This document shows, in pieces, positions 17,521 to 27,984 of a stretch of 64,000 nt of DNA; the stretch's first letter is position 1, and the number at the start of each line of letters is the position of its first letter. Location: contig CBDBDQ010000005.1 of assembly GCA_965203905.1 (NCBI GenBank), forward strand, positions 7,040,001 to 7,104,000. The letters run 5' to 3'. A program made the translations under genes and the position numbers. The notes under the pieces are model-generated. The model saw nothing but the letters and a program-made list of their open reading frames with translations. It was not told the DNA's origin and made no database searches. The stretch comes from Spirochaetia bacterium. Its GTDB lineage: Bacteria; Spirochaetota; Spirochaetia; SZUA-6; Bin103.

Positions 17521-18016
17521 GGCGTAAATATAATCATGACTGAGAAATGGACGGTTTAGGAAAGTCCCGGACCGGCACCTGGAAGGGCTCAGGCCGGCGC
17601 TTGTGGGGTGCTGACGGGCCTGGAGGGCATGGCGGGATGTTCGAAGGGTCGGAGGGGCCGGAACGTGCGGCAGCGGGCCGTCACGAGCAGCGCCAAACCC
17701 GTCAAGTGCTCAGCGTACTTTTTTTGGCACTTTTCGCAGAATCCTGCACCGCGGTGCCGACGTGGCAGCAACGCAGCGGCGGAGACCGGCGTTGCGGGCG
17801 GGCGGCAACGGCTCATACTTGGACACATAGTACAGCGAACGACCCACGTACCCTGAGGCGGCGATCTGGCAGAGGCCGGCCATCACCGCAGCTCGGCCAC
17901 ACACGGGATTCAGACGTCGTTCAGCATGGGATGGCCCTGGCCTGGCGACGGTCCGCGCTGCGCGTGTATCTTAGGCAGCCTACCTTAACGGCTTCGCGTG
18001 GCGCGGCGCGCTACCG

Positions 18017-19111
18017 TCACTGGCCGTAGAACCACTGCAGGCCGATACGGGCTACACGTATTCCATTCAAGGCGTGGAAGTTGACCAACGCAACGCGGTC
18101 GTCATCGATCCAGGTGATCCCCGGATAGCCGTAGTCCCCGTAACCGCCCTCCGGATCCGCGGCTATACAGCGAAACCTGCCCCAGGTCCGGCCCTCATCC
18201 GTGGAGATGGCCGAGGTGAGGGGCGAGCGTACCTTGCCGCGGGCGATCTCAAGCTCGCCTACCCGAACCACCTGCTGCTTCTCGCCGCGATAGAACGCGG
18301 GCGCGAGCGGGTTGTTGCAGTAGATGACCAGCAGGTCTCCGGTAGCCGGGATACGCGTCGCAAGAAACCCGGCACACGGATCGGTAAGCTCCGGGATCAA
18401 CTCCGGCTCGGACCACGTGAGCCCATCGTCCTGCGAATGGGAGCGGGCGAGATACCCGCGCCGCGTGCGACACACCATGAGCAGCCGGCCGCCGTCCAGC
18501 TCGACCACGCTCGGCTCCTCGGTAGCCCCACCGAGATCGACGAAGTTGCTGCTCGGCCACCACGAATACCCGCCGTCGTCCGAGAAGAAACACAGCGCAA
18601 CGCAGTGCTCGCCTCCGGTCAGCCAGAATCCTGCACACGGGATGATGATGCGGCCCGATGACAGCCTGGTGACCTTGTCGGCCTGACTCTGGCACGACGC
18701 CGGGTAGTGGGCCGCGCACACCGGCGAGCTCCAGGTGGCTGCGTCGTCAGACGAGCGCCGCACATAGGCATGCTGGTCCAGAGTGGGCGTGTGATCGCCC
18801 CACCCCTGGGGTCGCGCACTGAGCACCTCGAGCGTGTAGAACAGCAGCACCTCGCCATTGTCGAGGCGCAGCAGGGTCGGCGCGATCGTCTCGAAGTTGC
18901 GCTCCCACGGCAGCGGCGAGAACGGCTCTCCCCAGGTGCGGCCGTCATCCTCGGAGCGGTGCGCCTGGAGCCAGCATTCACCCTTCAGCGGGTTGGTCTC
19001 GATCGCATGAACGAACAACAACGAGCCGTCGTTCAGACGAAGTATGCTGCCGGAAATACCACGGTGGGTACGTTCGGGCGACAGCGCTACTACCACGTTA
19101 TCTTCGAACAT
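18017..19111 (-). CDS. BNR/Asp-box exo-alpha-sialidase-like protein
   Basis: Five Asp-boxes (SEDDGRTW, SSDDAATW, SDDGGYSW, SQDDGLTW, STDEGRTW); TEEPSVVEL; RSPL; YGYP; start set to 19111 downstream of TTGACG-17-TACCAT. Confidence 0.82.
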   Translation of the reverse strand: MFEDNVVVALSPERTHRGISGSILRLNDGSLLFVHAIETNPLKGECWLQAHRSEDDGRTWGEPFSPLPWERNFETIAPTLLRLDNGEVLLFYTLEVLSARPQGWGDHTPTLDQHAYVRRSSDDAATWSSPVCAAHYPASCQSQADKVTRLSSGRIIIPCAGFWLTGGEHCVALCFFSDDGGYSWWPSSNFVDLGGATEEPSVVELDGGRLLMVCRTRRGYLARSHSQDDGLTWSEPELIPELTDPCAGFLATRIPATGDLLVIYCNNPLAPAFYRGEKQQVVRVGELEIARGKVRSPLTSAISTDEGRTWGRFRCIAADPEGGYGDYGYPGITWIDDDRVALVNFHALNGIRVARIGLQWFYGQ

Positions 19112-19192
19112 ACGGCTGCGCATGGTAGAATTTTCTCACTGTCTCGTCAACCGCCCGTGGCACCTCCATGTCGGCCTTGACCGCGCTCCAGA

Positions 19193-19221
19193 TTGACACC
19201 ACATCGGACTTGGTGTATGAT
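19193..19221 (+). promoter_or_regulatory. Sigma70 promoter of ABC operon 2 with an overlapping palindrome
   Basis: TTGACA-17 bp-TATGAT; ACACCA-N9-TGGTGT inverted repeat across the spacer. Confidence 0.72.
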
Positions 19222-19250
19222 CGCGACACCCTACAACCAGGAGGGCAAAA

Positions 19251-21227
19251 ATGAATCGCTCTCGAAATTTGGTTCGCTTGCTGCGGCAGTCGCTCTGCTG
19301 CAGCACATTGCTGCTTCTTGTCCCGGCATTTGTCGGCGCACAGGACACCGGCCGCTGGGCTACTCCCGCCGATTTTACGAAGGCCACCGGCAACACGATA
19401 GCGGCGTTCGGCGAAGCTCCCATGCTGCAGGAGATGGTAGCGCAGGGTTTGCTGCCACCTGTTGCCGAGCGCCTGCCTGACGAGCCGCTGGTGGTCAGGG
19501 GAGCCGACGGCATCGGCACCTACGGTGGTAGATTGCGGCTCGTCGCTCAGGGTCCGGTGCCGCCACCCTTCAACCCCGGAATGGTCGACACGATGATGGC
19601 GGAACACGACTTTGGCGTCGGTCTGCATCCCAACGTCGGCTGGATCGAGATGATGGATGACATGGGCAAGGAGTGGCTAATCCGTCTGCGGCCGGGCATG
19701 AAGTGGTCCAACGGCGATCCATTCACCGCCGATGACGCCCTGTTCTGGTATCAAGACATCGCTCTCAATACCGACTTGACGCCGGCTCTCGGCGGCTATC
19801 TGAAGGTCGCCGGCGAAGTCATGCAGTTGGAGAAGCTGGACGACCACTCCTACAAGCTGAGCGCCTCGCAGCCGTTCGATTACGCCAGGCCCAGGAGCGC
19901 CATCTGGTACTTTTCCAACGTATTCCCAAGCAACTACCTGAAGCAGTTTCATCCTGCTTACAAAGATTCCGGAGAACTGGACAAGAGTGTGCAGGAAGCC
20001 GGCTTCGACACCTGGACGCAACTGTTCCTCGACCGCGCCGACCGGCATCAGGTACGCAACCCGGACTTCCCCACGATCATGCCATGGAAGATCAAGAGTC
20101 CGGCTCCGGCTACGCCCGTGGTCTACACCAGAAATCCCTATTACCATGTCGTCGATGAAGTCGGCAACCAGCTCCCCTACATTGACGAGTTGCACACCAC
20201 GATCGTGCAGAACGCCGAGACCGTCAATCTGAAGATCCTGGCGGGAGAGGTCGATTGGGCGTACGCCGGCAGTGCCGGATCGCTGTATCCGTTGCTGAAG
20301 GAGGCCGAAGCCAGAGACCAGAAGATAACGGTCGCCCGCTGGCGCGAAGCGGAGACCAACGCGGCCACGATCTACTTCAACATGAACCACAAGGATCCCG
20401 TGCTCAAGGAGATTTTCCAGGACAAGCGGTTCCGGTTCGCGGTTTCCTACAGTCTCGATCGGGAAACCATAAACGAGCTCATCTACCTGGGGGTGCTGGA
20501 GCCGTATCAGGTAGCCCCGCTGCAGGGCGGACGCTTCTATCATGACCGCCTCGCGCACACGGCGGTGGAGTACGACGTGGACCGTGCCAACCGCCTGCTC
20601 GACGAGATGGGCCTGGACCAGAAGGACGACGAGGGTATCCGGCTGCGCCCCGACGGCAAGAAACTGTTCATCACCATGATCACGTTTCCGATGTGGGGGA
20701 GCTTTCCGGAGGCAGCCGAGTTGGGTGAGATCCTTGCCGACAACCTCAAGGAGGTCGGCATCGAGATCAACCTCAGGATAATGGACCACGCGCTGTGGGA
20801 CGAGCGCACCAAGGCGAATGACTTCGATGCCTTCTACGGTGGCGGCACCTGGGGGCTGTTGGAGGGCACCTACCTGAGTGGCACCGGACTGCCGCATTGG
20901 ACCACGACCCACCTCAGTTTCCACGCGCTGCAGTGGAACCTGTGGAAGGACAGCGACGGCGCCATGGGGGAGCAGCCGCCGCCGGCCATGGTGGACGCGT
21001 ATGCCGCCTATGACGCCGCCAAGAACTCCTTCGACGCCGCGGAGCAGGAGCGCTACATGAAGCAGGTTCTCGACATAGCCGCCGACAACCTGTGGACCGT
21101 CGGACTGCTCACCAAGTTCGGTCGGGTGATGGTGTTCAACGCCAAGCTGGCCAATGTTCCCACCGTAAACCGCAACTGGTGGCGTGGTGACAAGGGGCGC
21201 CCCGAGCTCTACTACTGGAAGGAATAG
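19251..21227 (+). CDS. ABC substrate-binding protein, family 5
   Basis: Signal peptide; FGEAPML...LPPVAERLP.EP; LRPGMKWSNGDPFTADD; RNPYY.VVD..GNQLPYID. Confidence 0.92.
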   Translation: MNRSRNLVRLLRQSLCCSTLLLLVPAFVGAQDTGRWATPADFTKATGNTIAAFGEAPMLQEMVAQGLLPPVAERLPDEPLVVRGADGIGTYGGRLRLVAQGPVPPPFNPGMVDTMMAEHDFGVGLHPNVGWIEMMDDMGKEWLIRLRPGMKWSNGDPFTADDALFWYQDIALNTDLTPALGGYLKVAGEVMQLEKLDDHSYKLSASQPFDYARPRSAIWYFSNVFPSNYLKQFHPAYKDSGELDKSVQEAGFDTWTQLFLDRADRHQVRNPDFPTIMPWKIKSPAPATPVVYTRNPYYHVVDEVGNQLPYIDELHTTIVQNAETVNLKILAGEVDWAYAGSAGSLYPLLKEAEARDQKITVARWREAETNAATIYFNMNHKDPVLKEIFQDKRFRFAVSYSLDRETINELIYLGVLEPYQVAPLQGGRFYHDRLAHTAVEYDVDRANRLLDEMGLDQKDDEGIRLRPDGKKLFITMITFPMWGSFPEAAELGEILADNLKEVGIEINLRIMDHALWDERTKANDFDAFYGGGTWGLLEGTYLSGTGLPHWTTTHLSFHALQWNLWKDSDGAMGEQPPPAMVDAYAAYDAAKNSFDAAEQERYMKQVLDIAADNLWTVGLLTKFGRVMVFNAKLANVPTVNRNWWRGDKGRPELYYWKE

Positions 21228-21326
21228 CGGCGGGCAATCGAGCTTCACGATACGCTCGTGCGGGGCATCGGCCGGCCATAGCCGATACCCCGCACGGCTC
21301 CAGCACACAGTCAACAGCGATCGGAC

Positions 21327-22310
21327 ATGGCAACCTACATCAGTCGCCGTCTCTTGTTGATGGTCCCTACCCTGCTGCTCATTTCGGTGATCGCCTACGG
21401 CGTCATCGAGCTACCGCCCGGGGACTTCGTCACCACCCGGATCGGACAATTGATCGAGCAGGGCGAGTATTCGGAGGAGGCCTTGCAGAACCTCCGCCAC
21501 CGTTACGGTCTGGATCGGCCCCTGTACTATCGCTATTTCAAATGGCTGAGCCGGTTCCTGATCGGAGATCTCGGCTATTCTCTGTCCTGGAACAAACCGG
21601 TACGGGAGCTGCTCCTGGCTCGCTTCGTGCTTACCGCACTGGTTGCCCTGCTGTCCCTGCTGTTCACCTGGGTGGTGGCGTTTCCCATCGGCATCTACTC
21701 GGCAATCAACAAGTACTCCGTCACCGACTTCCTGTGGACCATCGTCGGCTTCGTGGGCCTGGCCATCCCCAATTTCCTGTTCGCCCTGATCCTCATGTAC
21801 CTCTCCTACAAGTATCTGCCGACGGTGGGGATCGGAGGACTGTTCTCGGAACGTTACCTGACGGAGCCGTGGAGCTTTGCCAAGTTGCTCGATCTGCTGG
21901 CTCATCTGTGGATACCGGTCGTAGTAATCGGTACGGCGGGCACCGCCGGACTCATTCGCATCGTCCGTGCCAACCTCATCGACGAACTGAAGAAGCCGTA
22001 TGTCAGCATGGCGCGCTCGCGCGGAATCAGTGAGGCCCGGGTCATCCTCAAGTATCCGGTGCGCATTGCCATCAATCCGTTCCTGTCGACCGTGGGCTGG
22101 GTACTGCCCAGTCTGATTGCCGGTGAGACCATCACCTCGGTGGTGCTCGGGCTGCCCACCGCCGGCCCCCTGTTTCTGGAATCATTGCGGCGCCAGGACA
22201 TGCAACTGGCCGGCGCATTCGTCATGTTGAGCGCCATTCTTACCGTTGTCGGCACGTTGCTTTCCGATATCCTGTTGGCCATCGTCGACCCTCGAATCCG
22301 GTATCGCTGA
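21327..22310 (+). CDS. ABC permease (OppB-like)
   Basis: LPPGDF; MARSRG EAA loop; VDPRIR. Confidence 0.93.
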   Translation: MATYISRRLLLMVPTLLLISVIAYGVIELPPGDFVTTRIGQLIEQGEYSEEALQNLRHRYGLDRPLYYRYFKWLSRFLIGDLGYSLSWNKPVRELLLARFVLTALVALLSLLFTWVVAFPIGIYSAINKYSVTDFLWTIVGFVGLAIPNFLFALILMYLSYKYLPTVGIGGLFSERYLTEPWSFAKLLDLLAHLWIPVVVIGTAGTAGLIRIVRANLIDELKKPYVSMARSRGISEARVILKYPVRIAINPFLSTVGWVLPSLIAGETITSVVLGLPTAGPLFLESLRRQDMQLAGAFVMLSAILTVVGTLLSDILLAIVDPRIRYR

Positions 22311-22321
22311 GAGGCCGGCAA

Positions 22322-23434
22322 GTGGCTACCGCATTGCTTCACAACGAACCCGGAATGAAAGAAACCGCCGGCCAATGGCAACTCATTTGGGGCAAGTTCA
22401 GCAATCATCGCCTGGCGGTGGCAGGTGGCATTGTAGTCTTTTTGCTCTATCTCACGGCACTGTTCGCGGAGTGGGTCGCGCCTTACGATCCCTATCATCG
22501 CACCGTCAAGCAGGCCAATGCACCGCCCACCAGGATCCGCATCTACGACGCCGAGGAGCACCGTGTAAGGTGGCCTTTCATCTACGCGTGGGACCAGCAC
22601 CGAGACCCGGAGACGCTCGGTCTGCGGTACCGTCTCAACACCGAGCAGCGCCATCCACTACGTGTCTTCGTACGCGGCGACTCGTACCAGTTATGGGGTT
22701 TGTTTCACAGCAATTACCACCTTCTGGGAGTCCAAGGGGAGCAGAAAATCTATCTTCTCGGTGCCGACCAGCAAGGCCGTGATCTCTTCTCTCGGGTTGT
22801 ATACGGAACCCGGATATCGTTGACCATCGGGCTCATCGGGGTAGCCATGAGTTTCACCCTCGGCATCGTATTGGGAGGCATATCGGGCTACTTTGGAGGC
22901 ATTGCGGACGTCATCATTCAGAGAGTCATCGAGGTGCTGATTTCGATTCCTTCTCTGCCGCTGTGGATGGCATTGAGTGCCGCCATACCGCTGGAGTGGA
23001 AGATCACCAAGGTGTTCTTTGGCATCACCATCATCCTGTCCCTGTTGGGATGGCCGGGAATGGCCCGCGAAGTCCGTGGCAAGCTCCTGTCGCTGCGCCA
23101 GGAGGATTTCGTGATTACCGCACGGCTCGATGGCGCGGGCAGGCTGAGGATCATCGTGCGCCACATGATCCCCTCATTCCTGAGTCACATCATCGCCACC
23201 GGGACGCTGGCGATCCCGGGGATGATCATCGGCGAAACCAGCCTGAGCTTCCTGGGAATCGGTCTGCGTCCTCCCGCCATCAGTTGGGGCGTGCTGCTGC
23301 AATCTGCGCAGAACATTCAGGCAGTGGCGGCAACGCCCTGGCTCCTGCTGCCGGCCGGGTTCGTGATCGTGGCGGTGCTGGCGTTCAATTTTCTGGGCGA
23401 CGGCTTGCGCGACGCCGCCGACCCCTACGAGTAA
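22322..23434 (+). CDS. ABC permease (OppC-like)
   Basis: LGADQQGRDLFSR; ETSLSFLG; GDGLRDAADPY. Confidence 0.93.
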   Translation: MATALLHNEPGMKETAGQWQLIWGKFSNHRLAVAGGIVVFLLYLTALFAEWVAPYDPYHRTVKQANAPPTRIRIYDAEEHRVRWPFIYAWDQHRDPETLGLRYRLNTEQRHPLRVFVRGDSYQLWGLFHSNYHLLGVQGEQKIYLLGADQQGRDLFSRVVYGTRISLTIGLIGVAMSFTLGIVLGGISGYFGGIADVIIQRVIEVLISIPSLPLWMALSAAIPLEWKITKVFFGITIILSLLGWPGMAREVRGKLLSLRQEDFVITARLDGAGRLRIIVRHMIPSFLSHIIATGTLAIPGMIIGETSLSFLGIGLRPPAISWGVLLQSAQNIQAVAATPWLLLPAGFVIVAVLAFNFLGDGLRDAADPYE

Positions 23435-23436
23435 TC

Positions 23437-24492
23437 ATGCGTAAGCAGCCGGCAGGACATGACGTATCACGAAAACTGCTTGAGATTGATCGGCTCAAAA
23501 TTGAATTCGCTACCGAACGGGGCATCGTCAAGGCGGTCGATGGCATCTCTTTCTCGGTCCGACGAGAGACCACCATCGGGCTCGTCGGTGAGAGTGGGTG
23601 CGGGAAGTCGGTAACCGCGCACTCGATCCTTCAGATCCTCACCCCACCGGGAAGAATCGTCGACGGCAGGATCCTCTACTATGACAACGACACGCCGGAC
23701 CCCGTGGACTTGGCTCGGCTCGATCCAAAGGGCCGGGAGATGCGCGCAATTCGCGGCAGCGCCATCTCCATCATCTTTCAGGAACCGATGACCTGCCTGA
23801 GCCCCGTGCATACCATCGGCAACCAGATCGTCGAGTCGCTGCGCGTCCACGAGAGAGGGATATCCCGATCCGCCGCGCGCGACCGGGCCGTGGAGCTGTT
23901 ACGGATGGTGGGCATGCCGGCGCCCGAGAGCCGCATCGACGCGCACAGCTTCGAGCTGAGTGGCGGCATGCGGCAGCGAGCCATGATCGCGGTTGCGATT
24001 TCCGCCGGTCCCGAGCTGCTGATAGCGGATGAGCCTACGACGGCGGTCGACGTCACCATCCAGGCCAAGGTCCTCGCCCTGCTCAAGCAGTTGCAGCGCG
24101 AGACTTCGATGTCGGTCCTCTTCATCACCCATGATCTGGGGATCATCGCCGACATGAGCGACGATGTGGTCGTGATGTACCTCGGCAAGATTCTCGAAGC
24201 AGGTACTCTTGAGCGGATCTTCAAGGCGCCCCTACACCCCTATACCCATGCGCTGCTGGGCTGTGTTCCACGCTTGAGTCATGTCCCCAAGGAGTTGCTC
24301 AGCGTGATCCCGGGGGCCGTTCCCGACCCTTCTGCGCGGCCGCCGGGGTGTCCGTTCAGCAGTCGCTGCGGCAGCTTCAAGGCAGGAGTCTGCGATCGGC
24401 ACATGCCCGCCCTGGTTGAAATCGAGGCTGATCATCGGGTCGCCTGTTTTCTGCATTCGGACCAGGTCGAGAATCCCGAGGGGCGGGCATGA
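23437..24492 (+). CDS. ABC ATP-binding protein (OppD-like)
   Basis: GESGCGKS, LSGGMRQR, ADEPTT; start ATG 23437. Confidence 0.93.
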   Translation: MRKQPAGHDVSRKLLEIDRLKIEFATERGIVKAVDGISFSVRRETTIGLVGESGCGKSVTAHSILQILTPPGRIVDGRILYYDNDTPDPVDLARLDPKGREMRAIRGSAISIIFQEPMTCLSPVHTIGNQIVESLRVHERGISRSAARDRAVELLRMVGMPAPESRIDAHSFELSGGMRQRAMIAVAISAGPELLIADEPTTAVDVTIQAKVLALLKQLQRETSMSVLFITHDLGIIADMSDDVVVMYLGKILEAGTLERIFKAPLHPYTHALLGCVPRLSHVPKELLSVIPGAVPDPSARPPGCPFSSRCGSFKAGVCDRHMPALVEIEADHRVACFLHSDQVENPEGRA

Positions 24493-25529
24493 CGGCGCCG
24501 TCCGCGAGCGCAGCCGTGCTCAAGGTTCGTGGTCTGAAAAAGTACTTTCCGCTGCAACGCGGGGTGTTCAAGCGCACCGTGGGATGGATTCCGGCGGTGG
24601 ACGACGTCAGCTTCACGCTGCATGAAGGCGAAACGCTGGGGGTGGTGGGGGAGAGCGGGTGTGGCAAGACCACCATGATCAAGAGCATCATCCGCGCCAC
24701 CGACCCGACCGCCGGCAGCGTACTGTTCAAGCACGATGATGGCTTCGTCGACATGGCGAGATTGCAGGGCGACGAGTTGAAACGGGCCTGGGAACGAATG
24801 CGGATGGTCTTTCAGGATCCCAACTCGTCGCTCAATCCGCGGATGACGGTAGGCGACATCATCGCCGAGCCGATCATCATGCACGGCATCCGCAAGTCCA
24901 AGCGGATGGCGTATGAGATGGCTCAGGAGCTGATGACGAAGGTGGGCCTGAACGCGCTCCACATACGGCACTACCCGCACGCGTTCAGCGGCGGTCAGCG
25001 GCAGCGCATAGTGATCGCACGGGCGCTCTCCTCCGGCCCCAAGCTGCTGCTCGCGGACGAGCCCACCTCGGCCTTGGATGTGTCGGTTCAGTCCCAGATC
25101 CTCAATCTCCTCATGACGCTGCAGAAGGAGATGCAGCTTGCGTTCATCTATGTCTCCCATGATCTGCGGGTGGTTCGTCTGGTGAGTGATTCGCTTGCGG
25201 TCATGTACCTCGGCAAGTTCGTGGAGTCCGGGCGTACCGGCGACGTGTACGAAGACGTGCTGCATCCCTACACGCAAGCGCTCATGTCGGCGATTCCCGA
25301 CCCCGACATCGGCAATCCGATGCAGCCGATTCTGCTGCAAGGGGAGATTCCGGACCCCTCGGCGCGGCCCGCGGGGTGTCCGTTCCATCCGCGCTGCGCC
25401 TACGCGGTGGCGAGTTGCCAGGCGAACGAGCCCCGGCTGGAGGCACTTGAAACCAAGGATCACCGAGTAGCCTGTTCGCTCGCCGCCGAGATTCGTGTGC
25501 AACGCCCGTCGCGGGCCAGGCGGGCGTAG
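24489..25529 (+). CDS. ABC ATP-binding protein (OppF-like)
   Basis: GESGCGKT, FSGGQRQR, DEPTSALD, HPYT. Confidence 0.93.
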   Translation: MTAPSASAAVLKVRGLKKYFPLQRGVFKRTVGWIPAVDDVSFTLHEGETLGVVGESGCGKTTMIKSIIRATDPTAGSVLFKHDDGFVDMARLQGDELKRAWERMRMVFQDPNSSLNPRMTVGDIIAEPIIMHGIRKSKRMAYEMAQELMTKVGLNALHIRHYPHAFSGGQRQRIVIARALSSGPKLLLADEPTSALDVSVQSQILNLLMTLQKEMQLAFIYVSHDLRVVRLVSDSLAVMYLGKFVESGRTGDVYEDVLHPYTQALMSAIPDPDIGNPMQPILLQGEIPDPSARPAGCPFHPRCAYAVASCQANEPRLEALETKDHRVACSLAAEIRVQRPSRARRA

Positions 25530-25718
25530 GGGCGTCGGCGACGCGGGGGAGCACGCGTCGGTGCGAGCACCACGCGTCCTCGACAGAGAACGTCCCCCAT
25601 GTCCCCGGTGGCACCCGCCTCCACCGCCAGACGGCGCGTCCCGCCGCCTCTGTCCACTGGCAAGTTGGCAACTCCGTGAAGATTGGCGTGCTGCAGTGCG
25701 TGTGGCAGGATGGCCGGC

Positions 25719-27152
25719 ATGAGTGAGCGGCTTACATTGCATGCCGCCCGGCGGCCCAACGTGGTGTGGGTGTTCGGCGACCAGCACCGCGCCCACGCCA
25801 CCAGCTACCGCGGCGACGGCAACGTGTTCACGCCCAACATCGACAACCTGGCGCGCGAGGGGATGCGCTTCGACTGCGCGGTGGCGGGTGCGCCGTGGTG
25901 CACGCCGTTTCGTGGCGCGCTGCTGACGGGACGCTACCCGCACCAGAGCGGCGTGGTGGCAAACGGGTGTCCTCTGTCACCGGAGCTGCCCACGGTGGCC
26001 CACGCCTTCGCCGACGCCGGCTATCACACCGCCTACGTCGGCAAGTGGCACCTGGACGGCACCAACGACCGCGACCACTACGTGCCGCCGGAGCGCCGTG
26101 GCGGCTTTCACTACTGGATGGGCAACGACGCCGCCAACAACCAGCACGAGTGCTACGCATTCGGCACCGACAGCGAGACGCCGGTGCGGCTGCCCGGCTA
26201 CGAGACCGATGCCTGGAGCGATCTCCTGCTCCAGCACCTGCGCGCTCACGTCGGCGCTACGGGACGGGGCGGCCCGCCCTGCCCCGCCGGAGGCGACAGC
26301 GCCGAAGCCGATTATCAGCCGTTCTTCGCGGTGCTCTCCGTGCAGCCGCCCCATGGACCCAACGTCCCCCCGACCAATCCCGCCTACGGCGCTCCCCGCA
26401 TCCACCCGGCGACGCTGCGCCTGCGACGTAACGTTCCCGACGTACCCTGGATCCGGGAGAAGACGCGCCTGGGGCTGGCCGGCTACTACGCCATGGTCGA
26501 GAACCTGGACTACAACATCGGCCGCATCCGCCACGCCCTCACCACGCTGGGAGTGGACCGCGACACCTACCTGGTCTTCTTTTCGGACCATGGCGACATG
26601 ATGGGCAGCCACGGCCAGTTCGGGAAATCCAGTCCCTGGGAGGAGTCGATCCGGATCCCGTTCCTGGTGCATCGCGCCGGCGGCTCCTACCACATGCGCA
26701 CCGGCGTCTGCGATGCACCGATCAATCACGTCGACATCGCCCCGACGACGCTCGGGCTCTGCGGCATCCCGGTTCCCGAAACGATGGTGGGCTACGACTA
26801 CTCCGCCCACTGCAATCGCCCCGACGCGCCCGAGTACACCGGGCCGCCGCGGCCGGAGCGCGAGCCGCAGAGCGCCTACCTGCAGCAGGTTACACCCAAG
26901 CTGATGCGCCACACGGTGAACCGGCCCTGGCGCGCGGTGGTGACCCGCGACGGCTGGAAGTACGCCTGCGCACCCGGCCACGACTGGCTCCTGTTCAACA
27001 CCGTCGAGGATCCCTGCGAGCAGGCCAACTACGTCTACGACCGGGCCTTTCAGTCGCAGAAGGAACGCTGCCACCGCCTCCTGGCCGACTGGATCGCCGC
27101 CACCGGCGACCGCTTCCCCCTACCGGAGATCGCCCTGGACCGGGACACCTGA
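25719..27152 (+). CDS. Cys-type (formylglycine-dependent) sulfatase
   Basis: RPNVVWVFGDQHR; CxPxR signature WCTPFRGALLTGRY; GKWHL; FSDHG. Confidence 0.93.
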   Translation: MSERLTLHAARRPNVVWVFGDQHRAHATSYRGDGNVFTPNIDNLAREGMRFDCAVAGAPWCTPFRGALLTGRYPHQSGVVANGCPLSPELPTVAHAFADAGYHTAYVGKWHLDGTNDRDHYVPPERRGGFHYWMGNDAANNQHECYAFGTDSETPVRLPGYETDAWSDLLLQHLRAHVGATGRGGPPCPAGGDSAEADYQPFFAVLSVQPPHGPNVPPTNPAYGAPRIHPATLRLRRNVPDVPWIREKTRLGLAGYYAMVENLDYNIGRIRHALTTLGVDRDTYLVFFSDHGDMMGSHGQFGKSSPWEESIRIPFLVHRAGGSYHMRTGVCDAPINHVDIAPTTLGLCGIPVPETMVGYDYSAHCNRPDAPEYTGPPRPEREPQSAYLQQVTPKLMRHTVNRPWRAVVTRDGWKYACAPGHDWLLFNTVEDPCEQANYVYDRAFQSQKERCHRLLADWIAATGDRFPLPEIALDRDT

Positions 27153-27168
27153 CAGGTCAGTCGATCCA

Positions 27169-27984
27169 TCAGGCCTTGGACGAGGCCCTCTGCGAGATGT
27201 GCCATGGGATCAGGATTCGTTCCAGACCCTCTACCGTGTAGTAGAGCGCAAGCCCGAGCACGGTGAGCACGGTGATGGCGGCGAACGAGTAGTCGGTCTG
27301 GAGATCCCCGTTGGCGGTGAGGATAATGTACCCGAGACCTGAATCGGAACCGATGAACTCGCCGATGATCGCTCCGATGGTGGCGGAGATCGCGGCCAGC
27401 CTGAAGCCGGCGAAGAAGGTCGGCAGCGCACTGGGCAGCCGCACCCTGAGGAAGACGTCGATAGCCCTCGCTCCTGTCGACCGGGTCAGGTTTATCACCT
27501 CCTGGTCGATGGAACGCAGGCCGACGATGCCGTTGATCACCACCGGAAAGAACGAGAGCAGGAACACGATCATGATCTTGGGCGGCAACCCGAAACCGAA
27601 CCAGATCACGAAGATCGGGGCCAGGGCGACCTTCGGAATGACCTGGAAGAAGAGTATCAGGGGGTACACCGAACGCTGCATGAACGTGGAGTAGGCGATC
27701 GGAAGAGACAACAGGATTCCGGATGCCACGGCAACGACGTAGCCGATCAGCAGACTGCGCATGGTGAACAACAGGGCGAAGAAGAGCTCGGAATGGTATT
27801 TCAACAGCGCCAGGAAAATTTCGCTTGGCGGTGGCAGGATGTAGGACCTGACCTCGAACACGACCACAGCCAGCTCCCAGAGCAGGAAGAACACCAGGAA
27901 CGAAACTGCCGTTTGCGTCTTCCGGTTCCAGATCAGCCGCAGGATCGTGCGCGGTTTTCTGTCGCCGACACTGGACGCGTTCAC
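27169..27984 (-). CDS. NitT/TauT family ABC permease
   Basis: LPPPSEI; IPKVALAPIF..WFG.G; GEFIGSDSGLG. Confidence 0.92.
   Translation of the reverse strand: MNASSVGDRKPRTILRLIWNRKTQTAVSFLVFFLLWELAVVVFEVRSYILPPPSEIFLALLKYHSELFFALLFTMRSLLIGYVVAVASGILLSLPIAYSTFMQRSVYPLILFFQVIPKVALAPIFVIWFGFGLPPKIMIVFLLSFFPVVINGIVGLRSIDQEVINLTRSTGARAIDVFLRVRLPSALPTFFAGFRLAAISATIGAIIGEFIGSDSGLGYIILTANGDLQTDYSFAAITVLTVLGLALYYTVEGLERILIPWHISQRASSKA

Noticed and set aside
17699-17730. T7 run plus TTGACG on the minus strand as a second HNH promoter
   Set aside because: No acceptable -10 hexamer at 16-18 bp spacing.
19677-21314. Long antisense ORFs (also 6170-7546, 11697-13142, 28173-29495, 49505-51073, 52016-53932)
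   Set aside because: Shadow frames of well-supported genes in high-GC DNA, with no motifs of their own.
4388-26060. Sulfatase fragment and intact sulfatase as a DGR template/variable repeat pair
   Set aside because: Differences are mostly synonymous and not adenine-specific, the region is the conserved catalytic motif, and there is no reverse transcriptase in the window.
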